Assembly (NCBI GenBank): GCA_038087875.1
Contig: CM075990.1
Coordinates: 3,536,001-3,600,000, forward strand
Source: Malacoraja senta
Lineage: Eukaryota
Length of the DNA: 64,000 bases
Direction: 5' to 3'
The notes below the pieces were generated by a model. That model searched no databases. It was given only the letters and a program-made list of their open reading frames with translations, and was not told the DNA's origin. The position numbers were made by a program, and so were the translations under genes. This document shows positions 1-11,789 of this stretch, in pieces (the first letter of the stretch is position 1; every line of letters starts with the position of its first letter).

Positions 1-770
1 AAGTTTTGGTTGCATGCTAACCAGTCGGCAGGAAAACAATACATGGTTAGAATTAAGCCATTCACAGTGCATGATAAACAAGTAACATTTAGTGCCAGAT
101 AAAGCCAGTAAAGTCCGATCAAAGATAGTCCGAGGATGGCTGATTGCAGTCCGCACTGAATGGACAGGCCTTCCCAAAGTGCTTTGCTGCTTTCTAGAGG
201 CCGAAGACAGAAATGTCACCGTGGGTGATGGAATGTTTTGTAACCTTGATGGTGAAGGTATTTAAATAGGATTATGATTGTAAAACCATACGTTTGCAGA
301 GCCAAACCTGGGCCATGAGGTAAAACGGGTTAGTTTCCTTCAAAACAAAAACTTTATAAAAAACTTTAAAACGTTTGAGCACCTTGCCATCATATCTCAG
401 ACTGTCTCGGATTTGATCACTTCCCACAGTCTGCCCCACACATTATTATTATTCTCTTATTATTCTCCAGCCCCGCACGGCCCGGTTTTACCTTCTCCCC
501 AAAATCCATAAACAGAACTGCCCTGGAAGAAAGAAGGGTTTTGACCCAAAGCCTCACCTATCCTTTCTCTCCAGAGATGCTGCTTGATCCACTGAGTTAC
601 TCCAGCACTTTGCATCTGTCATAGTTTCCGTAAGATCTTTGACATTTTGTGGGAACAATATGAGTCGATCTTATACAGCAGCACAAAATGCATGAGAGTG
701 GTCTGTTCCACACCTGCAGTGTTCAGTCTTTAGCCAAGAATGATAATGAGACATTATCATTCTTGGCCGT

Positions 771-1111
771 GCAGGAAAAATGTTCTCAATGTTGGGCGAG
801 TCCAGAACCAGGGGCCACAGTCTTAGAATAAAGGGGAGGTCATTTAAGACTGAGGTGAGAAAAAACGTTTTCACCCAGAGAGTTGTGAATTTGTGGAATT
901 CCCTGCCACAGAGGGCAGTGGAGGCCAAGTCACTGGATGGATTTAAGAGAGAGTTAGATAGAGCTCTAGGGGCTAGTGGAGTCAAGTGATGTGGGGAGAA
1001 GGCAGGCACGGGTTATTGATAGTGGACGATCAGCCATGATCACAATGAATGGCGGTGCTGGCTTGAAGGGCCGAATGGCCTCCTCCTGCACCTATTTTCT
1101 ATGTTTCTATG
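771..1111 (+). mobile_element. CR1-clade LINE 3' fragment (ORF2 C-terminus plus 3'UTR)
   Basis: Translation ESRTRGHSLRIKG...FTQRVVNLWNSLP is the CR1 ORF2 C-terminus. Ends in GGCCGAATGGCC and a CTATGTTT-type tail. Confidence 0.9.
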
Positions 1112-1174
1112 AGACGGGCAAGAGACTGCAGATGATGCAATCTGGTTTAAAAACAAACTGCCGGAAGAATTCCA

Positions 1175-4100
1175 GTGCGGTGCAGTGGCTCAGCGGTAGA
1201 GTTGCTGCCTTACGGCGTCAGAAACTCAAGTTCAATCCTATCGACGAGTGCTGTCTGTACAGAGTTTGCCTCTTTTCCCTGTGACTGCGTGGATTTTGTC
1301 CGGGAGCTCCGGTTTCCTCCCACATTCCAAAGATGTGCAGAGCTGTAGGTTAATTAGCTTCTGTAAATTTTAAATTGTCCCTAGTTGCTCAGATTACACT
1401 TAAAGAAATAGAAGAAACAATAAACTCATTGAAAAATGGCAAAACACCAGGACCAGATGGTTTTAGTAATGAATTCTACAGAAGATTCCACGAGATAATT
1501 TCTCCGCGCCTACAAAAATTATATATTCATGCCTTTAAAGAAAACACATTACCAGAAACATTAGCCGAATCAACTATTATACTTATACCAAAAAAAGATA
1601 AAGATCTAGAAGAACCAGGTTCATATAGAGCTATAGCACTCTTAAATACAGATCAGAAAATACTAGCAAAGACTTTAGCGAGAAGACTGAGTAAATACGT
1701 TAGTAAACTAATAAACCCGGATCAAACAGGGTTTATACCTAAAAGATACTCAGCCAAAAATTTGAGACGCTTGTTTAATATAATGTATTCACAAAAAACT
1801 GAAGAAGAAGATGTATCAATTATTTCATTGGATGCAAAAAAAGCATTTGATCAAGTAGAATGGCAATATCTATATAAAGTATTGCAAAAATTTAACATGG
1901 GAGAGAATTTTATCTCATGGGTAAAATTATTATATGACAAGCCGACTGCTAGAATACTGACTAACAATATGTTATCTTTAAAATTTCATTTAACAAGGGG
2001 CACTATCACCCCTGCTATTTGCCCTTGTGATAGAGCCTTTAGCAGAAAGAATAAGAAGCCATCCGAATATTCGGGGATATAATACCAAAGATTCAAATAA
2101 TAAAATTTCACTATACGCAGACGACGTATTATTATACATTACAAATTCGCAAGTTAGTATACCAAATATATTAAATTTAATAGAGGAATTTGGCTCCTTT
2201 TCAGGATATAGAATAAATTGGAATAAAAGCGAAATTATGACGTTAAAACCCCAAGACTCGACACACCTGTTAAAATTTCCCTTTAAAATTGCAACAGAAA
2301 AATTCAAGTATTTGGGTATCCAAATTACTAGAACATATAAATCACTGTTTAATGCAAATTTTATGCCTTTATTAACTAAATTGAATGCGTTGATTAAATT
2401 CTGGAAAACCCTGCCGATGTCATTAATAGGCAGAATAAATGCTATAAAAATGATTTTTCTACCACAAATATTATCTATTTCAATCAATACCAATATACTT
2501 ACCAAAAAACTTCTTAAAAAAATTAGACTCCAATATTACAAACTTCATATGGGACTACAGATCGCATAGAATCCAAAGAAAACACCTGTAAACCTTAAGA
2601 AGCTGGGGGATTGACACTCCTGAACTTTTTATACGACTACTGGGCAGTACATATTAAAAACATAATTTATTGGTTGGACAGCTCTGCCCAACAGGTAGAA
2701 TGGATAAGAATGGAGAAAGAGGATTGCTCTCCTTTTAATATAGGAGCGATCCTCTTCTCCCCGATAAAATTAAACAACACTATACATAAGAAGAATCCAA
2801 TTATCCACAACACAATTCGAATTTGGAAACAAATAAAACTAACTTTGAAATTAAGAAACTTATCGCTTTTATCTCCAATAGTAAATAATCCCGGATTTAA
2901 ACCATCTCTCACTGACAAAACGTATACCTATTGGGAAAGATTAGGAATTAAAAGGATTGGAGACGTATGAAATGGGATTTTTTTTATCATTTCAACAATT
3001 ACAATTAAAATACAATTTGAAAAATAACCAATACTTTAAATACCTTCAAATTAGAGATTATTTGAAAAAACACATACAAGGATATCAAATTCATCAAATT
3101 AGATGAAGCAATGAATTTAGACTCATGCAATTTAATATCATACCTATATAATATAATTTTAAATATAGAATCACCATCGACAGAGGCAATCAGAGCAGAT
3201 TGGGAACGAGAATTACAGGTAAAAATTTCGAGAGAAACATGGGAAAAATACCTGATATACATACATAAATGTTCGATTAATGCAAAACATAATATAATTA
3301 AAATTTTACATAGATTATACTACTCGAAAACTAGACGGAACAAATTCTATCCAAATATCTCTCCCATCTGTGATAAATGCTTATCTGAGAAGCCACTATA
3401 ACACACTCTTTTGTTTCCTGTATAAAACTTCATAAATTCTGGAATGAAATTTTTGAAATTTTTACAAAACTATTTAATAGAAGAATTGAACCTAATACAG
3501 AAAGGATTATCTTTGGATCAATGGAAGATGGGAATAAGCTAAATACGTCTCAAAAATCTCTACTTAATTACGGTTTAATAACAGCAAAAAAACGCATACT
3601 TAAATTTTGGAAAAATGCGCCAACACCAACGCTCAAAATGTGGATTTCAAATATGCCGGAAACGGCATATCTTGAAGAAATGCGACTCCTTCTAGCAGGT
3701 AAAGTAGACCAATTCTTATTGATTTGGTCTCCCTTTATCGACTTCTTACAAGCATATGGTGCAACACAACCATGGAAATAAAATGGTTCAGAATCAGGTG
3801 ACGGGTGGCCAGGAACATTAAATAGATATATCGTTTTCAATCTCCTTTTTCCCTTTTTTTTCTTTTTTTTTCCTTCTTCTCTATTTCGTCTCTTTCTCTT
3901 TTTCTTTCTACTTCTTCTTCTCTCTTCTTTCTTCTCTCGGGCTATCTTTCTATTTCACGCAACACTCTATATCAATCTCTTCTTTTCTCCCTTTCTCTCT
4001 TACTCTTGTTTTATTATTAAATTAAATTAAATGATTAAATTAAAAATAAGAAGTTATATATGAAAAAAAATAATTGTCCCTAGTTTGTAAGACAGTGTTA

Positions 4101-4186
4101 GTGTACGGGGTGATCTTTGGTTGGCGCAGACTCGGTGGGCTGAAGGGCACCTTTCCACGCTGCATCTCTAAAATCTAAAATCTAAA
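1175..4186 (+). mobile_element. HE1-like tRNA-derived V-SINE split by an L1 insertion (5' part 1175-1386, 3' part 4072-4186)
   Basis: A-box/B-box head and V-domain lie before 1386. The SINE body resumes at 4072 after a duplicated AATTGTCCCTAGTT. Confidence 0.85.
1387..4071 (+). mobile_element. 5'-truncated L1-clade LINE (RT plus Cys-rich C-terminus, frameshifted), with 3'UTR and poly(A)
   Basis: Motifs GKTPGPDGF, YRAIALLNTDQKIL, DQTGFI, SLDAKKAFD, LYADD (about 2110-2125), FKYLGI and CDKC. Pyrimidine-rich 3'UTR and A-rich tail. 14-bp TSD AATTGTCCCTAGTT at 1373-1386 and 4072-4085. Confidence 0.95.
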
Positions 4187-4307
4187 GACTCTATATATGC
4201 GCAGGCACATGGACTCTAAATGGTATAGTCAACTGTTATCTGTTTGTACCTTCTCCCTGTGACTGCGTGGGTTTTCAAGTCATGCATATTGTCAAACGAA
4301 CAAGTAT

Positions 4308-4631
4308 GGTGCAGAAAAATGCTGGAGAAACTCAGCGGGTGCAGCAGCATCTATGGAGCGAAGGAGATAGGCAACGTTTCGGGCCGAAACCCTTCTTCAG
4401 ACTGATAGGGGCGAATGAAAATTACATTTGCAGCAGCAACACAGGCACATAGGCTCGTATATCGCAGAAGAATAATAGAAGATAGCCACAAAAAGCTGGA
4501 GTAACTAAGCGGGTCAGGCAGTATCTCTGGAGAAAAGGAATAGGAGACGTTTCGGGTCGAGATACTTCTTCAGACTGACCCAAACTGCCACCTATTCCTC
4601 AGACTGAAGCAGGGTTTTGACCCGAAACGTC
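4308..4631. mobile_element. Cluster of Penelope terminal modules with hammerhead-like motifs (two minus, one plus)
   Basis: Minus cores at about 4372-4400 and 4546-4573; degenerate plus core CTGAAGCAGGGTTTTGACCCGAAACGTC at 4604-4631. Confidence 0.75.
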
Positions 4632-5499
4632 CCAGCACGGAAACAGGCCCTTCGGCCCACCAAGTCCACGCCGACCAGCGACCCCCGTACATTAACACTA
4701 TCCTACACACACTCAGGACAATTTTTACATTTACCAAGCCAATTTACCTACATACCTGAACGTCTTTGGAGTGTGGAAGGAAACCGAAGATCTCGGAGAA
4801 AACCCACGCAGGTCACGGGGAGAACGTACAAGTAACATGTGTTTCCTTAATGCTACTTGGATGTAATGTGATTGATGAATGATTGAACACTATTTGTATT
4901 ACATGGGCCAAATTGGGAATAACATGATTGGGAATTAAAGAACCACTTTAAAGTGATCTTGGAAGTAGATAAACATGGCGGAAAAAAGCAGTCTTGGGCA
5001 AAAACAGTCCATGGAAAAAAATGGTTTCCGTGGAACCACCCTGCAGTAATCAGGCACCATTGTCCCTTAAGAATGTAAGCTGCCATTTTACTACAGGTGA
5101 TCATCAATATCGCTGAGCAATTGTGTATTTTGGCACTTGGGCAATGATATTCTATTAAACCATGTCACAATCATGTTTTTAATCAGTATTTCTAGCGTGC
5201 AGTAACAAAAGTAAACTTTTAGCTATTAACAGAGACCATTCTTTTTGAAAATCTTGGAGGATGAATAACTCTGTTATTACAAAGTCTGAAACTCTCTAGC
5301 TACTAACCCTCTTTTCCCCATTAACACTTTTGCTTTTACAACACAATGTGCTATAAAGCGCAGTTAGTTAGGAACACAACCATTGCCTTAGAGCAGAAAT
5401 CCCACTTACTTTCTAAACTGCATGTGTAGAAGTTTGTTCGTGTATTTAATGACATGCAGAATCTCTTTAAACTTTTAAATAACTTTTTCGTAACATTAT

Positions 5500-6110
5500 A
5501 AGCCATTTCCTTTGGTCGGATACTGTTTTGTGTCCTGAAGGGATACAAATGTGTTCTAAGCTAAGTACTAAATCCTTGAAATGTAGCATTGTTTCTTCAC
5601 TATTGTACCTTTGAAAGATAATTTCCCAATCTCGCACCTTCATACCTTTGTAATTTGCTTTGCTTAGATTCAAGCTTCTGGTTTGGGTACGAACCACTTC
5701 ACTTTCAGTACCTTTGTAAAGTTCCAGCATTGATCACTATTCCCCACAGGAGCCTTCAACTAGCGCATTTTAATGAACCAATTTCTCTTTGCACAATGCT
5801 AGATCTAAAATAGCCTGCTCCCGCACTTGTTCCTGCAAATACTGATCTAGGAAAACCATCCCTTATACACCTCATCAATTCATCTGCCATCCTATTACTG
5901 CTAATTTGGTTTTGCACAGTCTATATGCAAATTAAAGTAATCCAAGATTATCACAAATCCCTCTGATGCTGTGATTTATACCAAGCACCACATTGCCACT
6001 GCTCTTTGGGGACGTATAGACAACTCCTACTAGTGGTCCCTATCTCTTGCAATTTCTTAGCTCCATTTCAACCGCATGTAGTTGTTTTTCTGAGCTACTT
6101 TCATTACCCT
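5500..6110 (-). mobile_element. Old CR1 ORF2 endonuclease/tether fragment
   Basis: Degenerate translations GVVYTSPKS and RSLNLSKANYKGM resemble the CR1 APE domain and the tether after it. Confidence 0.6.
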
Positions 6111-6463
6111 AACTTCAGAGTCATAGAGTGATACAGCATGGAAACAAGCCCTGCGACGCAACTTGTCCACATGTCCCATCTACACTAGTCCCACCTGCAT
6201 GTGTTTGGCCCATATCCTTCCTTCTTCTTGCATATGACGTGCACATCCTAAAGTTGCAGGACAACTTGTTCTATTTAATCTTATTTGATTGTGCACGCCA
6301 GGTTGATTGCATTCGTCGAAACAGGGTGGACCACGTGAAGGTTGAAATCTCCCACCCCCCCATATCCCTCCAAACCCATCCATGTATCTGTCTTACTGCT
6401 TCTTAAACTTTGCGACAGTTAGACAGGTACTTTATCCCATTCCTTATAATCAATAAATATAGA

Positions 6464-6765
6464 AGGCAGCGGTAGAGTTGCTGCCTTACAGCGCCAGAGA
6501 CCCAGGTTCGATCCTGACTATGGGTGCTGTCTGTATGGAGTTTGTACGTTCTCCCTTTGACCTACGTGGGTTTTCTCCCGGAGTTCTGGTTTCCTCTCAC
6601 ACTCCAAAGATGTACAGGTTTGTTGGCTAATTGGCTTCAGTAAAGATTGTAAATTGTCCCTAGTGTGTAGGATAGTGTTCATGTGTGGGTTGATCACTGG
6701 TCGGCGCAGACTCAATGGGCCAAAGGGCCTATTTCCGTGTTGTACCTGTATCTCTAAACTAAAGT
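6464..6765 (+). mobile_element. HE1-like V-SINE
   Basis: tRNA-like head (GGTTCGATCC B box), V-domain, GGGCC(G/A)AAGGGCC 3' end and (CTAAA) tail. Confidence 0.9.
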
Positions 6766-6976
6766 AAACACATCCTATTGCATTTGGGTGGTCTACATTT
6801 TCTTGACCTAAAGCGTCACCTATCCAGGGATACTGCCTAACCCGCTGAGTTATTCCAGCAGTTTTGTATCACTCCCAACATATGCTAACGTCCACTTTCT
6901 GATGTGTTCTGCTAGTTTCCAGCAATGTGAAGTGTTCTCTTATCTTTCTTCTTCTTTTCATCAGTTAGAGTATTGA

Positions 6977-7450
6977 GTATGGAAACATAGAAACATAGAA
7001 AAATCTGTACCCTGTTCCTGCTTTCTCCCCATATCCCTTGATTTCTTTATCTAACTCTCTCTTGAAAACATCCAGTGAATTGGCCTCCACTGCCTTCTGT
7101 GGCGGAGAATTCCACAGATTCACAACTCTCTGGGTGAAGAAGTTTTTCCTCATCTCAGTCCTAAATGGCCTCTCCCTTATTCTTAAACTGTGACCCCTGG
7201 TTCTGGACTCCCCCAACATCGGGAACATTTTTCCTGCATCTAGCCTGTCCAATCCTTGAAGAATTTAAATAAGTTTTTATAAGATACCCTCTCATCCTTC
7301 TAAATTCCAGTGAATACAAGCCCAGTCGACCCATTCTTTCATCATATGTCAGTCCCGCCATACCGGGAATTGACCTGGTGAACCTACGCTGCACTCCCTC
7401 ATTAGCAATAATGTCCTTCCTCAAATTAGGAGACCAAAATTTCATGCAAT
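6977..7450 (-). mobile_element. CR1 LINE 3' fragment
   Basis: EGVQRRFTR...LGLYSLEFRRMRG...RTRGHSL...WNS on the minus strand. Confidence 0.9.
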
Positions 7451-8240
7451 AGAAGTTGGGAGGTCATGTTGCAGTTGTATAAGACCCTGGTGAGACCACA
7501 TTTAGAGTATTGTGTTCAGTTTTGGCTACCATGTAATAGGAAAGATGTTGGTAAGCTGGAAAGGGTGCAAAGAAGATTTACGAGGATGTTGCCAGGACTC
7601 GAGGGTCTGAGCTATGGGGAGAGGTTGAGCAGGCTAGGACTTTATTCCTTGGTGCGCTGAAGGATGAGGGGCGATCTTATAGAAGTATGAGAGGAATAGA
7701 TTGGTTAACACACAGAGTCTCTAGCCCAGAATAGGGGAATCAAGAACCAGAGGGCTTAGGCTTAAGGTGAGGGGGAAAATATTTAATAGGAGCCTGAGGT
7801 GTACCTTTTTTACACAATGGATGTATGGAACGATCTGCCGGAAGAGATAGTTGAGGCAGATACTATTGCAACATTTAAGAATCATTTGGGCAGGTATATG
7901 GATAGGACAGGTTTGGAGGGATATGGACCAAATGCAGGAAGGGGGGACTAGTGTAGATGGGACATGTTGGTCGGCATGGGCAAGTTGAGCTGAAGGTGCT
8001 GTTAAGGGTCTGTCCCACGGGCGTCATTTGCACGTCACGCAGATGGCGCGCGAAGATTTTGTACATCCCAAAATCCTGGGGTGCCGCGAGCGATCGCGCG
8101 TCACTGCCTACGTCACCACGCACCATGCGCGTGTAATGCATCATGCGTCATGACGCGTAAATTATGTTGCGTAAATTATGCGCAAATGACCCCCAAGTGG
8201 GACAGGCCCTTTAGAATCTATGACTGTATGACTCCGTGAC
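7450..8240 (+). mobile_element. HER1-type CR1 LINE 3' fragment interrupted by a MITE
   Basis: LYKTLVRPHLEYCVQFW...LERVQRRFTR; its 3'UTR is split at 8005-8210. Confidence 0.85.
8005..8210. mobile_element. PIF/Harbinger-type MITE, family A (CGCG-rich interior)
   Basis: Termini AGGGTCTGTCCCAC...GTGGGACAGGCCCT. TTA at 8002-8004 and 8211-8213. Homologous to 19468-19681. Confidence 0.85.
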
Positions 8241-8246
8241 TTAGCT

Positions 8247-8478
8247 CAGTGCTTCTTAACCTATTTCAGTGTAATTCACCCATGTCTTTATCATAAAATT
8301 TCATTCACCCGCGACTAAATTTTCTTATGTTTTTTGGTAATTTTCGTAATTCTCCCTAGTGTATAATTTTATATATAATTTATTTTGTCACATGAGCAAA
8401 AAACATAAATTAACTCATTCACCCCAAAATAATTTCATTCACCCTTGGGTGAACCATTCACCAGTTTAAGAAGCACTG
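8247..8478. mobile_element. hAT (Charlie-like) MITE
   Basis: 16-bp TIR CAGTGCTTCTTAA(C/A)CT, 15/16 identical. Flanks ACTTAGCT and ATTAGCT look like a degraded 8-bp TSD. Internal repeats of (TC)ATTCACCC. Confidence 0.75.
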
Positions 8479-8590
8479 ATTAGCTGGCATCCTTTGGTCT
8501 CCTTTTCATGTCTAGCCTTTGCCACTTACTCCTCCCATTTAACAATCAAACTCCCCCACCCCCCCCAACCCTCCCCCACCTGCATCCACT

Positions 8591-8895
8591 GTGTAGGAAG
8601 GGACTGCAGATGTTGGTTTAAACTGAAGGTAGATGCAAAAAGCTGGAGTAACTCAGCGGGTCAGACAGCATCTCTGGAGCAAAGGAATAGGTGACGTTTC
8701 GGGTCGAGACCCTTCTTCAGACTGAGAGTCGGGGGAAAGTTCTATATCTTTACATCACTGTCTATATCTCGCTTTGTTCTTTCCCCCGACTCTCAGCCTG
8801 AAGAAGGGTCCTGACCCGAAACGTCACCCATTCCTTTTCTCCAGAGATGCTGCCTGACCCGCTGAGTTACTGCAGCTTTTTTTGTTGATCCACCT
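8591..8895. mobile_element. Inverted pair of Penelope terminal modules, each with a hammerhead-like core
   Basis: Minus core 8693-8720 and plus core 8798-8825. Arms of about 105 bp are reverse complements. Confidence 0.85.
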
Positions 8896-10187
8896 TTCAC
8901 TGACTGGGCTTTTCCAGCTTGCTCTCCCCTAATACAATCGGTCTGAAGAATCGTCCCGAGGCAAAATGTTGTCTGTCCATTCCCTCCACAGATGCTGCCT
9001 GACCCACTGAGTTGAATGTTTCAATGATGCTTTTAGAGTCAGGTGTGAAGTACAAACACACAGTGAAATTAGACAATAGACAATAGGTACAGGTGTAGGC
9101 CATTCGGTCCTTCGAGCCAGCGCCGTAATTCAATGTGATCATGGCTGATAATTCACAATTAGTACCCCGTTCCTGCCTTCTCCCCATATTCCCTATCTTT
9201 AAGAGCCCTACCTAGCTCTCTCTTGAAAGCATCCAGAGGACCTGCCTCCACCGCCCTTCACCGCCTTCTTTTCCTACAAACAGTCCAGTAGATTATTGCC
9301 GTACCCAAACACATCCCAGATTAGCAAGTGTACAGAAATAGTCCACTGATCCCGCACGCAAGAGGTGCCGTGTTTTGGCGCCATTTTCAGAGTCCAGTCC
9401 GCGCTCTAGGTGTTGTGAGCGGGGCCTGATCCAGGCGAGCCCCAGGCTGCTGCAGGGCCTCCAGCCGTCTCCTTCCCTTGGTCGTCTGAATCGTCCAGTG
9501 AACCCACGTCCCTCTCCTCGCCCGTCCATCTTTGTTCCCCGGGGGGGGGGGGTGGGAGCCTCCCGCAGCCGACCTCGAGGGCACGGTGGGCCAGACCCCG
9601 GTTCCCTCTCCTCCTCTCCCACCGGCCTCGCTCCTGGCCCATCATGGCCACCGTCGTCACCGCTGGCTCCATCCTTCCTCCCGCTCTCTGGTCTACGAGG
9701 GACGAACACTTTACGTTGTGCTCAAGATTTCAGCACCTGTACTTCCTACCGTCTTCAATATGATGTGTTCTCCAGTTTAGTTTATTGTCACATGTACGGA
9801 GGTGAGGTGAAAAGTTTTTGTTGCGTGCTGACCAGTCACGCCAACCTCATCTTCTGTATTTATTGTTCCAGGTGTGGACTCTTATACATCATCAAGACCA
9901 AAAATAGACTGGTCCATCGTTTCGCTGAACACTTTCGCTCAGCCCGTGTAAACATACCTGACCTCCCGGTTGCCAAACACTTTAACTCCCCTTCCCATTC
10001 CCCCACTGACCTTTCTGTCCTGGGCCTCCTCCACTGTCAGAGTGAGGCCCAACGCAAACTGGAGGAACAGCACCTCATATTTCGCTTGGGCAGATTACAC
10101 CCCAGCAGTATAAATATGGACTTCTCTAACTTCAAGTAACCCTTGCATCCCTTGACTCTCTGTCCCTCCCCTGCCCTAGTCATTGTA

Positions 10188-10565
10188 CAGCTGCTCCTCA
10201 ACTTACGATGGGGTTAAGTTCCGATAAACCCATCGTAAATCGAAAATATCTAATGCAGTCGAAAATGCATTTAATTCACCTAACCTACCAAACATTCTCT
10301 CTCTTCTGATATCCGACAAACGCTGGCAACACGGTACACTGTGGAGTATCGCTTGTTCACACTCGTGATGGCATAGCTGACTGGGAGCTGCGGCTCGCTG
10401 CCATTGCCCAGCATCACGAGAGAGTATCGTACCACATATCGCTAGCCCGGGAAAAGATCAAAATTGAAAATTCAAAGTACGGTTTCTACTGAATGTGTAT
10501 CGTTTTTGCCCCATCGTAAAGTCGAAATATCATAAGTCGAAGCATCGTAAGTCGAGGAGCATCTG
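10188..10565. mobile_element. Tc1/mariner Tigger (pogo)-type MITE, MER47/Tigger5-like
   Basis: TIR CAG(C/A)TGCTCCTC(A/G)ACTTACGATG. TA TSD at 10186-10187 and 10566-10567. A comparable uninterrupted Penelope 3'UTR lies near 13195-13240. Confidence 0.9.
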
Positions 10566-10900
10566 TACTAATTTCAATGTCTTCCTGTTGAGTTTCATTG
10601 TCTGTAACTAGTTTTCACCTAGCCCACAGCTAACCATGTCCAGCTTCCTTGATCTCCGTTACTTTTTTGCATATCATTCATTTCTTTGTTCTAAGTCTCT
10701 CTACATCACCGTCTATATCTCTATGTGATATAGTGTGGAAATAGGCCCTTCCGCCCAACTCGCCCACACCGGCCAACAATTTCCCTGCTACCCTAGTCCC
10801 ACTTGCCTGCGCTTGGTCCATAACCAAACCTGTCCTCTATGACTCTATCTCTCTACATCACTGTCTATATCTCTTGTCCCCCTTTCCCCTGACTCTCAGT

Positions 10901-10928
10901 CTGAAGAAGGGTCTCGACCCGAAACGTC
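10901..10928 (+). ncRNA. Minimal type-I hammerhead ribozyme-like motif
   Basis: CTGAAGA, then A, stem II GGGT-CTCG-ACCC, GAAA, palindromic ACGT and a GTC cleavage triplet. Proximal stem I is only about 2 bp, so activity is unproven. Confidence 0.65.
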
Positions 10929-11422
10929 ACCTATTCCTTTTCTCCAGAGATGCTGCCTGACCCGCTGAGTTATGCCAGCATTTTGTGCCTATCTTCAGCG
11001 GAAAGACAATACATGATTACAATTACGCTTGCCACAGTGTACGCACAAACACTGTTGGCTGACAAATGTCCCTCCTGCGATAAATAAAGTTCTATCGTAA
11101 GATAAAGCCAGTAAGGTCTGATCAAAGATGATCCAAGGGTCTCCAATGAGGTAGAAAGTAGTTAGACACAAACAGCTGGAGTAACTCAGGGAGGCAGGCA
11201 GCATCTCTGGAGAGAAGGAATGGGTGACGTTTCTGGTCGAGACCCTTCTTTCCTTCATACACAGGTAGATAGTAGTGCTGGACTGCTCTCTAGTTGCAGT
11301 AGGATGGTTCAGTGGCCTTAGTCACCCACCCGGTGAGTTTGGGCTGGGCTGAATGTTATGTATTTTTGAAGAGCACAGCCCAATCTGAAACCGCACGTGA
11401 CCGCTGAAATTCTCTCACCTAC

Positions 11423-11569
11423 CCTGGGAAATAATTGACCTCCCCTCCACAGCGCCCTGTAGCGTGTTGCTGGAGGGGTGCCAAGCAAGAACTGGGAGTG
11501 GTGTTTGGTGGCCTCATGTACACACAGGCATATTTTCTCAGCATAAGAAGGCAGCAAAACACTCAAAAG
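11423..11569 (-). other. Candidate spliced exon (147 nt), gene unknown
   Basis: Acceptor TGACCCTGTTTTATGTTCTCCTGTAG and donor AGG|GTAGGT. One open frame; no protein recognised. Confidence 0.2.
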
Positions 11570-11789
11570 CTACAGGAGAACATAAAACAGGGTCAAACAA
11601 TGCCTTTCGAACACTGGGCTCGGTGGACAATGGCCACTTATTTACCCAATGGGTAAATCAACTAAAACTAATCATTTCTGCTAACATACTCTTCTTGGAT
11701 TTGTGTCCAAATATTGCAACAGTGAATCAAAAACCTGGTGACTCATGTTTTTGTCCGTCTTAATAATGCAGGAAGTTAATGGAGCTGAA

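Larger units (their letters stand above)
9835..10995 (+). mobile_element. Penelope-like element 3' end (GIY-YIG remnant, 3'UTR, hammerhead module) with nested inserts
   Basis: NLIFCIYCSRCGLLYI...RFAEH...VAKHFNS...RKLEEQHLIFRLG...MDFSNFK stop at 10139. Hammerhead core at 10901-10928. Confidence 0.9.

Noticed and set aside
198..257. Possible 60-nt plus-strand exon (AEDRNVTVGDGMFCNLDGE)
   Set aside because: Weak donor (GTATTT), no recognisable protein and no supporting partner exons.
9375..10139. 254-aa ORF
   Set aside because: Chance read-through of a GC-rich block and a repeat tail into a Penelope GIY-YIG remnant.
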